64,000 nucleotides of DNA from Bilabrum cf. latius. Taxonomy: Eukaryota. Made by a program: the position numbers and the translations under genes. The notes beneath the pieces were generated by a model. That model ran no database searches, was not told where the DNA came from, and was given only the letters and a program-made list of their open reading frames with translations. The stretch is taken from positions 124,001 to 188,000 of the forward strand of contig OZ237756.1 in NCBI GenBank assembly GCA_965178125.1, read 5' to 3'. Numbering within the stretch: position 1 is the first letter of the stretch; each line of letters opens with the position of its first letter. This document shows positions 36,169 through 48,215 of this stretch, piece after piece.

Positions 36169-38670
36169 TCAGATCTCCTCTGAATTGGCGTCGTGCTCTT
36201 CTTCTTCGCCTTCCATCGGGACACTTCCCTGGTGCGGGGCGCTCGCCCTCCCCGTGTCACCATCACCGTGACCACTGGCAGGGCCGTGCCCCCGAGCCAC
36301 TCCCCACCCGCTCGTGTCCCCACTTCCAGTGGTAGTACCAGCGGCAGATCCCGAATCCTCAATGCCAAGTTGCATTGGTGCAGATCCAATGGATTGACCC
36401 TCCCCGAACAGCTCCTCCCAAGAGCCGAATCCCCTCGACCTCGAACTGCCACTGCCACCCCTCCTTGGTTCTGAAGCGCTGCCGCCTCCTTCTTGCGTCA
36501 TCCCTCCCCCTTCCGTTGTCCATTGGTTTGCGGGTCCCGTGTCTGTCATTTCACTCATAGATTTGCTCTTGCGTTTGCCCGTGCTCTTGGTCTTGCCCTT
36601 GCTCTTGGTCTTGCCTTTACCTCCTCTGGCGGCACCCGGCAGCCAACCGCCCCCCTCCTCCTCCTCCTCCGATTCCCACTCACCACCCATCCCTCCCATA
36701 GTTCCCCCACCCCCATCGCCACCCCATCTGCGCGACGGATCCTCACCGGCACCGGCACCTGAACCCCACTCCTACTCCTCCTCACGTCCTCCAAGGGCCT
36801 GCAGCCCCAGCACCCCCCCTTGATACAACTGGTACTTTGCTTGCTTCAACTTCTTCGCCGCACGAGCCCTAGACACTCGTCGCGATTCCTTCTCATAATC
36901 ATTTAGCAGCCCCTCCCCCGCTGCCTCATCATGCCCAAACCGAGCTGTGCGTCGCCTGTCCCTTCGGCCCGCTCCGGCTGCTGCCCCCCGCATGCCCGGG
37001 TGCCCTTCCGCCGTTTCCGTGCCTCTGGCATCGGCTTCGGCCTGCAACACATCCGGCGGGATCCTTGGGGGGAGGGTGTTGCTGTAGCGGTTGAGGGATT
37101 GGGCAAAAATGTGCTGAAATGCCCCGCAGATGGCTTCATTCACTGGGCTAGTAGCGCTGGTGCTGGCGCTGCTGACTGTGTCGGTACTAGCCCTGCTTCC
37201 TCTCATAGCAGCAGCACCACCAATAGGTCCTATGCAGAGTGCCATGGCTGCCTGGACTGACTGCCTCAATACGTGTCCTGCGAATTCCAAGGTGGGCTCT
37301 CGGACCATGTCAGCGGAAGGGACCTGCGACCCGCTGGGAGACTGCCTCAGTGCCCTGACACTCGAATCGTGGGCCATCTGGAGAGACGCAAGCCAGCGGT
37401 CGCCGATCGTCCCTGAAGGTTCAAACCGAATTCTCCGCGAGTCACTGGCACGGCCTTGCATGGGTCCCTGGGCCGATGACCCGCTTGCCGGTGGAGCCTG
37501 TCCACCCGAGGCCGATGACCCGCTTGCCGGTGGGGCCTGTCCACGCTAGGCCGACTGGACAGGGAGATGGAACCTCCCACCACTGCCGGTGCTGTGACCC
37601 CGAGGCGCGCCCGGCCACACGCCCCACGCATCGCTAACGGGTGGCAGGCCCTCCGGTGGAAGATGAAGACTCAGTGAGGGTAGGGCCCTTCGGTCTCCCC
37701 CTGCCCCTGCCCCTGCCCCCGACCCCGACGATGTGCTAGCGCCTCCAGAGGATCCCGAACTACTCATGCTCGGCTGCTTCCCGCTGCTAGCCTGTGTACC
37801 TGCCATGATGCCCAGATCCTCCTCTTGCTCCTCCTCATCCCCCTCCTCGCGCACGAGACTGTCCAGCACGGCGTCATCGTAGAAGGGCTAGTCGGGGGCT
37901 CCCAGCGGCCACTGCTCGCGGGCGACCTCGAATATCACGTACCGGAGTGGTACTATCCAGTTGTTGAGGCTTCCCGTGAAGGTGATCCGCTCCGCGCTCC
38001 AGGTCGCTGCTCCGAGGAGGTTGATCAGCTCCTGTGTCCGGTGGGGCAGCGCATCGAGTCTGGTGCCGGCGAGCTTAGCGATGGCGAGCACCGCTATACT
38101 CATCGGGTTAGCTGCAATAATAAGTCAAAAAAAAGTAGATAGAGCGCGATATTTGACTGGAATAGAAGTGCGGGGTGCATCGAATGGGCCGGAGGTCCAC
38201 AGAGCCGGCTGCGGCCATGGCGCAGCGGAAACCGCCTTTCTCTCACCGTTGCAGCTAATGATTCCAGGTTTACGCACTACGATCCTGAACAACAACTCAA
38301 TGCCACTGTTGACTTCACCGGTAGCAAAGCGAATCTCAACTGTATCGGTCGACTGGACCGGTCCTCCCTTCGCATCAACTGCAGTGAGCCGCGCGGTCCC
38401 ATCGAAGATCAGGCTGCCGTAGATTGTCACTCGAACCTGAACGTTCTAGAAGAAGCAGCTCTAATACTTCGATGTGGAGAAGTCAGACCCGCCGACCGAC
38501 GATACGTCCCTGTCAGTCAGCTTCAGCGGTCTGCCGGATGCACCCACGGCCTCGCTCACGGCCGCATGCCGATTCCGCCGGAAGGTGCCGTGACACTCGC
38601 CCGACACTGCCAGCGCAATTAGAAGGAAGAGTACAATCATTATGCGCGCCCTCTTAGCATCAAGTACCAT
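36169..38670 (-). CDS. Uncharacterised protein with N-terminal signal/anchor and low-complexity C-terminal half
   Basis: Six ORF fragments share one frame, joined by TAGs and by intron 38246-38112 (GTGAGA...TTGCAG), which removes the only internal TGA. Hydrophobic start IMIVLFLLIALAVSG. Stop is TGA 36169-36171. Confidence 0.65.
37471..37554 (+). repeat. 39-bp tandem duplication (2 copies plus partial) inside a CDS
   Basis: GGCCGATGACCCGCTTGCCGGTGG(A/G)GCCTGTCCAC at 37471 and 37510, with GGCCGA again at 37549. Confidence 0.9.
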
Positions 38671-39735
38671 CTGCTACTATGCACAGTTGTGCGACGAGTG
38701 CCGCGTTACTGGATGATGGAATGTCTGAGGACAGCCGGTCGCTACTACAACTCTGGCAGAACCGTTGCATTACTTCAGACTGGTTGCATTACAGTGTCTC
38801 TCATATAGTTAAAATCTTAAGCGATACACAGAAATGGCTATTCATGCGTCAATCTACAGATGTGCAGCAAATCCTCTATCGGTTGCTACAGCAGTTTGCG
38901 ATGGCACCACGATTTGGCAGGGAAGCGAATGGAGAGCAATTTGGTATCAATGAGAGGCAATTTGTTCCTGACTTTCCTGCGTCGATGCCCCCTCTGCATT
39001 GACGGCGCGGAACCGGATTGATTGCAGTTCGGATCGAAGTGCAACTGCGCCATCGTAGCTCGTTTGGGACGTACTTGCGCGAAAATTGCGCTGCTAGTGA
39101 ACCGTGCATTTAATGAATATCCGAAGAGTGCTGCTTGACTCGGGAATAGAGGAGAAATTGAAGCCATTAGGCCTGCACGATACTACAGCATCATGGTACT
39201 ATTAGGCGTGCAATAATCCAAACAATCAATAAAACATTCAAATTATGGCAAGACGGCAGCAAACAAACAATCGTGTGGAGATTCGGTCCATGAGTCTTGA
39301 ATGCTTGCCGCGGACCCTGTCCACCGGGACCGTCGACAGAGGCAAGCGAGCAGAGGTGCCTCCGAGAGTCTCAGGCCAAAGCTGCGCGCACAGGCTAGCT
39401 CCAACTCCCACTGCGCCTATCTCATGATGAACCGTATCCGCCTGTCTCACTGGGGTTAGCGTGCGACCCGAGCCCCAGCCAGTAAGTAGTAGCATAGGTC
39501 ACTGGGCTCTGGGAGAGGCTCCTCGATTCCTGCCATGAGCCGGGCGTGCTGCCAGTTTTGGGAGATCAACAATAGCTGACTATTGCCTGTACTGGAAGAC
39601 AGGTATTCGCAAGGTGGCAAGACCCGAAGCATGGATTCGCCATGCACTTCCATCGCTGTTGCCGCGCGCTACATCTACTCGGCTGGGTCTGGCAGTGGCA
39701 TGTCTGGGACGGCTGGTGCTACTCGAACAAAGCTG

Positions 39736-40514
39736 TCACACGATCTCTCCCGTCTTGAGCAGGTGCTCGGCATACTTGGTCGCATCGCTCTTGGTCTTTG
39801 GCTTGAGCTCCGCCAGCACCTCCCCCTCGTCCCCCGCCTCGAGGGTCCAGCCCACCTCCTGGTTCATGGTCAGCGGCCGCAGGAGTTCGTCCTTGGGCCC
39901 CAGGAAGGGGTTCTGGCCGCGGCGGCGCTTCTCGCAGAGGGCGTCGTAGGAGTACTCCTTGGGGTCTCGCTTCATGTCGCTGTGGGGGTCCCCCACGGCC
40001 TTGGCGGTCGCGTCGGCCTCGTCTCTCATCTGCGCCATGAGTGCGATGGTCTCGGCGCGGGTGGCGCGGCCGCGCTCGCCCGAGGAGCCGACAAAGTCGG
40101 CAAGGCGCTCGCGGATTCGGGCGAGCTCTGGGCCGGGGGGTGGGCCGTGGAACAATTCTGTCATAAATCCTAGCGTCTGCGAGGTTCCAACAAGGTTGTG
40201 GTGCCGACAGCCGGAAGAGTTGGACTCGAAGCATCCCAATCGGCGGCAGTCGGTGCACCCGGTCGGTCTCACGTCTTCGGCGTCAAGAAAGCCATCCTTA
40301 GCAATTTTGTCAAACGCCTCCCCAAAGTCTTCGTCAACAAACAATGAGACGTCCAGCGCCTCTGCGGGTATTAGAACTAAGGGAGAGTGCATAATTCGCT
40401 TGTGCGTTGTGTGTGGCATTGGGATCGATGCACCATGCAACTAGGCAGCTCACCTACATGAATTACAGTAAAAGGGTTCTGCGGGCCAAGCTTTGTGTTG
40501 CCAAAGAAGGCCAT
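39736..40514 (-). CDS. TEX49/SPMIP11-like ciliary microtubule-inner-protein candidate with EF-hand-like insert
   Basis: N-terminus MAFFGNTKLGPQNPF and C-terminal PLTMNQEVGW...KSDATKYAEHL resemble the TEX49 family (recalled similarity). Intron 40453-40362 and probably 40272-40177. Stop is TGA. Confidence 0.5.
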
Positions 40515-40638
40515 GGCTGCAAGAATTGTACGTAAATGATGGACAAGAACGGACACATTGAAACTGTACCTTACATTTCTCACGAACGTTCATGAATCAC
40601 AAAAGTGAAGAAAGGGCCTTTCCTGTCGAACACCAATC
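40515..40638. promoter_or_regulatory. Probable compact bidirectional promoter (124 bp)
   Basis: Inferred from the divergent starts at 40514(-) and 40639(+). Confidence 0.4.
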
Positions 40639-41967
40639 ATGCGGCACAGATTATGTCGTCAGGTATGCCGTAGTACCAGTAAATGTACCTCATTGGTGGC
40701 GGCGAGCCAACGGCTCGCGCTTTGCAGTCAGTACTCGTTGTCCCATCGAACAGAAGCGATACGACTGCTGCACGCAGGATGGTCCACTGCTGCTCTCGGC
40801 AATGGATCAAAGGAACCCCAGCAAGAGTAGCTGAACTCGGACCTGTTTGATGTCCAGCCGAGCGCCTCGCCCGGCTCTCCCCCGATAGATTCAGGTCCCA
40901 GTGCCGCTGCGTCCACGTCATCTGATTCGTAGCAGCCGCACGAGGCAGCAACTGGCAGCAGCACCGCTGGGTCGCCGCATGCATCTGCAGAATCTATCGA
41001 AGGCGTGCTGGGCAGTCGCTCTCGCCGCGTGATGGCCCTCCGAAAGCAGCTGCTCGCCGAGGACACGGAGGCGGCTCTCATCGGCCCCTTCCTCTCCTCG
41101 GAGCAGCGCGAGTGCTTCTTCACACTCAGGGCACTCAACGCGGAGACGGCTAGGGTCATCGATGGGGCGAGGGGGAACGCGCACATGGCCGCGGTGCGGT
41201 TCCGGTTCTGGTCCGACATCGTGCGGGCTGCCTTTCGGTCGGACGCTGCTGCTCTGGAGCACCCCCACCCCTTCGCCAGGCAGCTGCGGGCCGTGGTGCG
41301 CGGGGCCAAATCCCCCATGTCCGAGCGTCTATTGCTCCGATCGATCGAGGCACGCGAGGCCGCCAGCGATTCCCAGCGGCAGTCGCAGACGATCGAGGAC
41401 ACGCTGCAGTACGCCCGCGACACGCAGTCCTCGCTCCTCTTCCTGTGCCTCCAGCACGCGGGCATCGATGGAAATGAGGCCACCGAGGCCGCGGCGGATC
41501 ACCTTGGGCAGGCCATGGGGGTGGCCACGCTGCTCCGATCGATGCCTCACCTGCACGCCCGGGGCGAGATCCAGCACATCCCCGCGGAAGCCATGGAGCA
41601 CCGTGGCCTGACCCCCGAGCTGTACCAGGTGGGCTTGGAGCGGAAGGCCCCCAAGGAGGGGGCGAGCGAGCAGGTGGTGGAGAGATACGAGGCGTTCAGG
41701 CAGCAGGTGAGGGACGTTGCGTTCGACCTCGCGGTGGCGGGTCACGACCAGATGCAGGCGGCGTTTGCGCACGAGGGCAAGGTGGACAAGGGGGCGCTGG
41801 GGCTTTTGTTGCCGGCGGTAACCACGGCTAGGACCTACAGGTTGCTAGAGGAGCACAACTTTGACCCGTGGAGCGAAGAGCTCGCACAGGCACTTGCTCC
41901 GTCCAGGCACCAGCTGGCCATTTCGGCCGAGCTGGCCAGGCATTGGATCTTTGGGAAATGGTGTTGA
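40639..41967 (+). CDS. NDUFAF6: NADH dehydrogenase complex I assembly factor 6 (squalene/phytoene synthase fold), mitochondrial
   Basis: Motifs LRALNAETARV, RFRFWSD, HPHP and AADHLGQAMGVATLLRSMP. The Arg/Ser-rich presequence-like N-terminus (MRHRLCRQV...) is in frame across two TAGs. Ends at TGA. Confidence 0.85.
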
Positions 41968-42176
41968 GTGCTGTAATTAGCATGTTATGCTATCAGGAGT
42001 AGATGCACAGAAGGAAATCACAACGTGCAGTTGCAATGGTCGCGGCCTGACCTGGGCTCAGTTGCAGTTGCAGTTTCGCTGCTCGAAAAGGAACGTTCGG
42101 CCAATACCCCGTGTTCCTTTTGGCTTCGATTTCCACATTTTTCAACGCCCAGTCGGCTTGCAACAGAACCAATACG

Positions 42177-44378
42177 ATGCCAAAGCATAGAGAAGATAGG
42201 AAAAAACCGCACAAGAGGAAGAAGGCCCCTCGCAAGGGTCTTTCGCAGCTCAGCGAGGAGCGCCTGCGAAAGATGTCTGGTAGGGAGCAGCGGAAGGGAG
42301 AGGCTGGCGAGGCCGCAAACTACATTACTAGGACTTAGGCCGTGAAACGATTGCAAGTGACACTCCGTGACTTCAGGAGGTTGTGCATTTTGAAGGGGAT
42401 TTATCCCAGGAAGCCCAAGAAGGTTTCTGGAGACCGCGCGCAGACGTACTACCACATTAAGGATATCCAGTACCTCTTGTACGAGCCACTTTTGGACAAA
42501 TTCCGCGATCTCAAGGCGTTCATGAGGCGCGTGAAGAACTTGGTCGGGAAGGGCGACCTCGGGGAGGCCCGCCGCCGGTACGCCGAGCGGCCCGTGTACA
42601 CGCTGGACCACCTGATCAAGGAGAGGTACCCGCGCTTCGCCGACGCCCTCTCCGACCTGGATGACGCAGTCAGCATGGTGCACCTGTTCGCACAGCTGCC
42701 CGTGGGGGAGCCCGTGGAGCCGGAGCGCGTGGCAGAGGCAGCCCGCATCGCAAGGCAATGGCAGCTGTGGGTGGTCCGCTCGCGTTCCCTGCGGAAGGTA
42801 TTCCTTTCCGTCAAGGGTGTATACTACCAGGCCGAGAGCCAGGGCATCCCCATCACCTGGTGCGTGCCCTACCCGTTCACCCTGCAGCGGCCCAGAGACG
42901 TCGATTTCAAGGTGATGCTTACCTTTCTGGAGCTGCACGCCACCATGCTCAAGTTCACCATGTACAAGCTGTACGGGGACATGGGCCTAAAATACCCTCC
43001 CCGGATCAACGAGGCAGCAGACGGGGATGGGGCCTGGCTCAGCGCCATGGTCACAGAGAAGGCAGCCCAGGAGGGTCAACAGGAGGAGGAGGGGGAGGAG
43101 GAGGGGGGATCTAGGAGCAAGAGGAGGCGGGTGGACGAGAGCAGCAAGGTGGCTGTGGACGAGGAGGCGCAGGCGGTTGTGGACGGTGCCGTGGCCGGGC
43201 TCAAGAGCAGGGGCACGGGAGCCGAGGGGGAAGGGGTGGATGCGTCGGCCGAGGCCGCTGCGGTGGAGGCGGCCGAGGCTGCCGAGGACGAGGAGGAGGA
43301 GCTGGATGACGTGTTCGGGAAGGGAGACGATGCGGACAGCAAGGCGCGTGCCAGTGCCCGCGCCCTCCGCCGGTTCCAGAAGATGTTCTCCACTTGCGTG
43401 TTCTTTTTGAACCGCGAGGTGATGCGCGAGGCATTCGAGTTCATGATCCTCTCCTTCGGGGGCCAGGTGGGCTGGGACGGTCCCTCGAGCCCCTTCACCG
43501 CGGATGACCCCAGGATCACTCACCACGTGGTTGACAGGCCCCTGCGCCCCGATGCCCTGCGGCAGGGCAGGGACTACGTGCAGCCTCAGTGGGTGTGCGA
43601 CTCGATCAACGCCAGGATGCTGCTGCCCATCAAGAGGTACGCCCCAGGGGCGGAGCTGCCGCCGCACCTGAGCCCCTTCGTAGACGATTACGCAGAGGGG
43701 TACATCCCCGAGTACAGGACGGAGCTGGACCAGCTGCGGTCCGCTGCGGCGGCGGCGGCAGGGGAGGGCGAGGCAGCCACGGGGGGTGCAGCCGGGGCAG
43801 GGGAGGAGGGGGAGGAGGCTGATGGGGAGGACAGCGATAGCGACAGTGGCGCAGATGATGACGATGATGAAGAGGACGAAGAGGCGGATGAGGAGGCCTA
43901 TGCTCGCCGCATCGCTCTCGAGAAGGCCGGGGTTGGGCAGGAGGACCTTGAGTCCGGGTCTGATGGGAGCGACGAGGATGAAGAGGACGAGGATGAGGAC
44001 GAAGCGGAGGCAGATGCGGTGCTGGCGCAAGAAAAGGCAGCCCAGGAGGCGGCAGCAGCTCGCAAGAAGGGCAAGAAGGCCGCCAAGAAGTCTCGGGAGG
44101 AGACTGCCGCGGAGGAGAAGCTGGAGATGCAGATGATGATGATGAGCAACCGCAAGAAGAGGCTCTACCACGAGGCAAAGGCGCCCGAGGAGGAGAGGAA
44201 GGAGACGGCCGCCAAGATGATGGCGAAGAGGGAGGCCATCAAGGCAAAGAAAGGCAAGGGCAAGGGGAAGGGGAAGGGAAAGGGGGCAGGTGCCGCGGAG
44301 GGCAAGGGAAAGGGGGCAGCTGCGGGCGGTGCTGCCAAGGGCAAGGGGAAGGGCAAAAAGCGAAGGAGGGGCGAGTGA
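42177..44378 (+). CDS. PES1: Pescadillo / Nop7 ribosome biogenesis protein (BRCT domain)
   Basis: Motifs [56 protein letters not shown] and LPPHLSPF. TAG at 42336-42338; stop TGA. Confidence 0.97.
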
Positions 44379-44707
44379 TTACCTGCAAGGCTCTCAACTC
44401 TTTGTGTATGTAAGCCAAGAAGATCATATTGTAGATGGATCCACGCAACCTGCCTATTGCCGGCGAGGATGCACACGGCGTGCACACATCGCCGGGGATG
44501 CTGCTCGAGTCCGCAAGTCTGCACGCACGAACTAAACCAAGCTAACCGAGCGGATCATTGCAGCACATTCAAGGGTTGCCTTTGTAAACAGCTCCTGCGT
44601 CCTTACGGCTTACGTCTTGTGCTGTCACTGGCCTATCGGATCGGCCTTCACTCCAACAGGCCCAGGCATGGCGCGAACAGCCAGCAAGGCGCCCACCGCG
44701 CAAGCCA

Positions 44708-46885
44708 TCATGCCCGGCAGTGCTGCACGGTGTTTTCGATCGTGGAGTGCCACGAGGCAGCCTTTTCCGGTGTCACTGTGCTGAAGTTGGTGCCCGCCAT
44801 CGGGCACCACACGTTGTTGTTGACGACGTTGTATACCGGCACGCAGGGGTACTCCTGCGTGATGTTGACCAGCACGGGGTAGTGCGTGGACCAGGGGGGC
44901 TACTGGTAGTGCAGGGCCTGCAGCTCCTGGATGAAGTGCCCTGTCTTGGGATTGCAGTACTCCTTCTGCCAGGTGAGGCCCCTGTCGTCCATCTCGAATG
45001 GCTTGAGCACCTGCTCGAAGTAGTTGTCGTGCACCGAGTGCCGCCTGCCACCGCCCACGAACACGCCCTGGTACAGGTCGAAGAAGTAGTTGTACGCCGC
45101 TTCGTGCGCTGAGAGCTCGTCGTCGTAGTAGATCCCGTGCGTGGCCAGAGACCCGAGGTAGGTGGGCTCCCTGTCCTTGCAGTGCACGAACGTGTTGTTG
45201 AACAGCCGTGACCCGCGGTGGGCCCATGACCTCCCGGAGTACCACGCTCCGGAGTCGCTCACCTCGTACACGAGAGTGTCAAAGGTGTTGTTGAAGAAGA
45301 AGTGGTCGTTCCCGCTGCCGATCATGCCGATGTGGGGGGCGCTCGCCACACGGTTGCCTCGGTACGTGTTGCCCACACCGGAGAACCCCAGGCCCGGGTT
45401 GTACGTCCTCGTCCACCGGGCGTAGAAGTCCGCGGTGCACCCCTCGGCCAGGTTGTTCCCTGGGGTCAGCGAAGGTTCGTCGCCCCCTCCGAGGTGCATG
45501 GCGGCGCACCCGCACCCGGACGAGCTCACGCTCCGCAGGGTGTTGTTGCTGCCCTCGATAGAGACGGCCCCTGTTCCCTGGTTGGATGCGTCCACGTCCT
45601 CGATTGTCACGTTGTTCGCGCCGCTGAAATGGATCCCGCTGCGGCCGTACTTGACATGCAGGCCCCTCAGGGTCACGTGCTGCAGCGCAGGGCTCCCGCG
45701 CGACGCTTCCCGGCGGGCCTCGTCCACGTCGCTCCAGTCGCGGCGCCGCGCAGCGTACAGTGCGGAACCAGGGCCGTCCTCCTGGCCCGTGAGTCCAGCC
45801 TGGATGTCTCTCTGGAAGTGCATCGCACGAACTCGCCGCTCGGCTGCGTCTGCAGCTGCGGCCCCGGGGTCTGCCCCGCCGGTGCTGGCGCTGCTTGCGA
45901 GTCCCACCACCTGGGGAGCAAGGCTCAGGTATCCGTTGAGCTGCGGGGCCTGGCCCCCCTCCGGTGCAAAGTAGAGCGTCATGGTGGACTTGTCGATGTA
46001 GTACTCCTTCTCCTGGTCCAGCTCCACCAGCAGGTTCACGCCAAAGTAGCGTGCCTTGGCCTTGAAACCGTACACGGGCGGCGTGCTTGCATTGACAGAG
46101 ACCTTCCCCGATGCGGAGTCGATGCCCGTCAGGTGCACGTAGCTGTCGGCCCACCCGTAGGTCCAGTAGCCCCCGGCCCACACGTCATTTGTTCTCTCCA
46201 TCTCGCCCACCCACCGAGCCAGCCTCGTGCGGTCCGCCTGGCTGGCAGTGAACTGTGTCCCGCTGTCCTTGGCCTCGATGTGCAAGAAGGAGGGCAGAGG
46301 GAGCGACGGGTCCGAGTAGTTCAGGTTGGGATACCGCGCCAGCACCATGGGCTCATCCCCGTAGAAGAACTCCATGAGACCCCCCGAGGCGCACTACCCC
46401 AGGCCCCCGCCTGAGAGGGAGCCGGCCTGGCTGGCGGTGAGACCGAGGGAGCCGAGGTCTGCCTGGAACACGGGGATTGTGGCAGTGCTGTTGGCCGGTA
46501 GCGCGGCGGGCTTCCACAGCGACGGTGGAACAGGCACTCCACCTAGCAAAAGTGGCGGGTTGGAGGCGTCCTTGGCGGCGTACGTGATGGGAGCTGCCGC
46601 CGAGCCGCTGTCGGTGGTAGGATCCAAGGCGAGCACCGGATCGGCGGGAGAGCCCACTGGAGAGTAATTGCCCCCAGCTGCGTACACAGTTACGGCTTCG
46701 GTCAGTTCATCCGACGCTTTCAGCGATCGTATGGCGTCGCGGGCCCGCTCGAAGGACTTGAACGGCTAGGATTCCGATCCTGGGTTGTTGTCGTTGCCGT
46801 CCGGTGAGACATAAAAGGAACTCTCTGCGCGGGAAAGCCCGCACGTCATATTTAGCAGAAGCAAGAAGCTCAGAGTTGTGAGCAT
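44708..46885 (-). CDS. Secreted right-handed parallel beta-helix protein (pectin-lyase fold, GH141-like architecture)
   Basis: Signal peptide MLTTLSFLLLLNMTCG. Motifs FYVSPDGNDNNPGSES*PFKS, LARYPN, GYWTYGWAD, NLLVELDQEKEYYID, DSGAWY, GIYYDD, GGGR and YQ*PPWSTHYP. TAGs at 46766, 46394 and 44900; TGA 44708-44710. No introns needed. Confidence 0.85.
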
Positions 46886-46953
46886 GGTGCCGACGAAGCT
46901 GCACAGACGCGGTGGAATGAGTGCAGTTGCAGTTTGCGACCAAACTCTGGTTT

Positions 46954-48074
46954 ATGGCATCAAATTGCACGGTACCACGACAATCAGCTGGCGGAAATCG
47001 GCGCTATTGCAAGAGAATGAAACGGTTCGGGGCGCCTTTGACTGCATGGCGATGGATTCGATCCGTATTGATTGCAGTAGGCGTGCTGCTGGGTGCTGCA
47101 TTTGTCTTGTACATCCAGCAAAACCCTGACCGACCAGTCGAGACGCTCGCGTACACTGGGCTGTTCAAGTTGTCAGCTGTGGCGTGTTTCAGCTTGGTAT
47201 CATTTATGCAGGCTATTACAGGAGTAGCAAGCGCAACTGATGTATCGGAAGGCCCTGCGAATGCCAGTGGCATGTACTCGATGATGCTGGGATGCGGGCT
47301 GCTCCTATCTTGCCTTGGCGACTTTTCACTCGAAATGCACCTTTCGGGAAGAGAGGTGCTCTTCATGGTGAGTACATTCCCCACCATCTCAGCAGCTCCT
47401 TTCCTGCTTTGCGCCCATCCGTGCTTTCCCTATTACTCGCTTGTGCCACCATCTCGAGACTCCCTCACCTGTTGCAGGCTGGCCTTGGATTCTTCCTGGT
47501 GGGCCACATATGCTACATTGTGGCTTTCTGGGCCTCAGGTATGACCTGGACCAGCCCTACCTTCCTCCTCGCGGTGCTGCTCAGCGCTGGGTACGGCACA
47601 TGGGCTGCCTCACAGCTGGTGGGGGGCATCCCCGCTGACCAGTCTCCTCTGCAGGGGCCAGTGGTCGCGTACGTGGCCATCATCTGCGTCATGCTCGCCT
47701 CCTCCTTCGGGTGGACCCCCAGGCTGCAGGAGGGGAAATCCCCCGTGGAGGCCAGGGGCAGGGCGGGGGCCACTTTGGCCACTGCCAGGATGGTCGCAGC
47801 CATCGGGGCGGTGATGTTCACTCTGTCGGACAGCATCCTGGGATTCGACCGGTTCCGGCCGGACATGGTCAAGGCGCTCACAGCGGCAGTTGGGGCGCCC
47901 TGGCTGCTGCAGCACGTCAGGGCGGCCGTGATGGTGACGTACTACGGGGGGCAGTGCCTTCTGTGCTGCTCGGGCGAGTGGTGCGAGCTGGGCATGGGGC
48001 AGGCAGTGGAAGACATGGGCAAGGGGGGCCAGGAGGTGGGAGACAGCGAGGAGGGGAGCAAGAAGGAGAATTGA
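46954..48074 (+). CDS. YhhN/TMEM86 lysoplasmalogenase-family membrane protein
   Basis: Motifs LSCLGDFSLE, FMAGLGFFLVGHICY (across intron 47368-47477), GAVMFTLSDSILGFDRF and VMVTYYGGQ. The start could instead be ATG 47017. Confidence 0.85.
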
Positions 48075-48215
48075 GATGCGTGGGTGGTTTGGTCGATACG
48101 GGCGCAGGATTGCCCATGCAGATTGGCACCGAGCGCGCGACATGAAACATACGCCTAGATCGATGGAAACTCTAATTCTGAATATGCCTTCATGACAGAT
48201 CAGAGCAGGTTCAAA

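Noticed and set aside
37471-37554. CRISPR-like repeat
   Set aside because: Only two adjacent in-frame 39-bp copies without unique spacers, inside a eukaryotic CDS, and no cas genes.
38679-39730. Small ORFs on both strands, or an RNA gene such as a suppressor tRNA
   Set aside because: No motif, consistent frame or cloverleaf that I could support by eye; tRNAscan-SE or Infernal would be needed.
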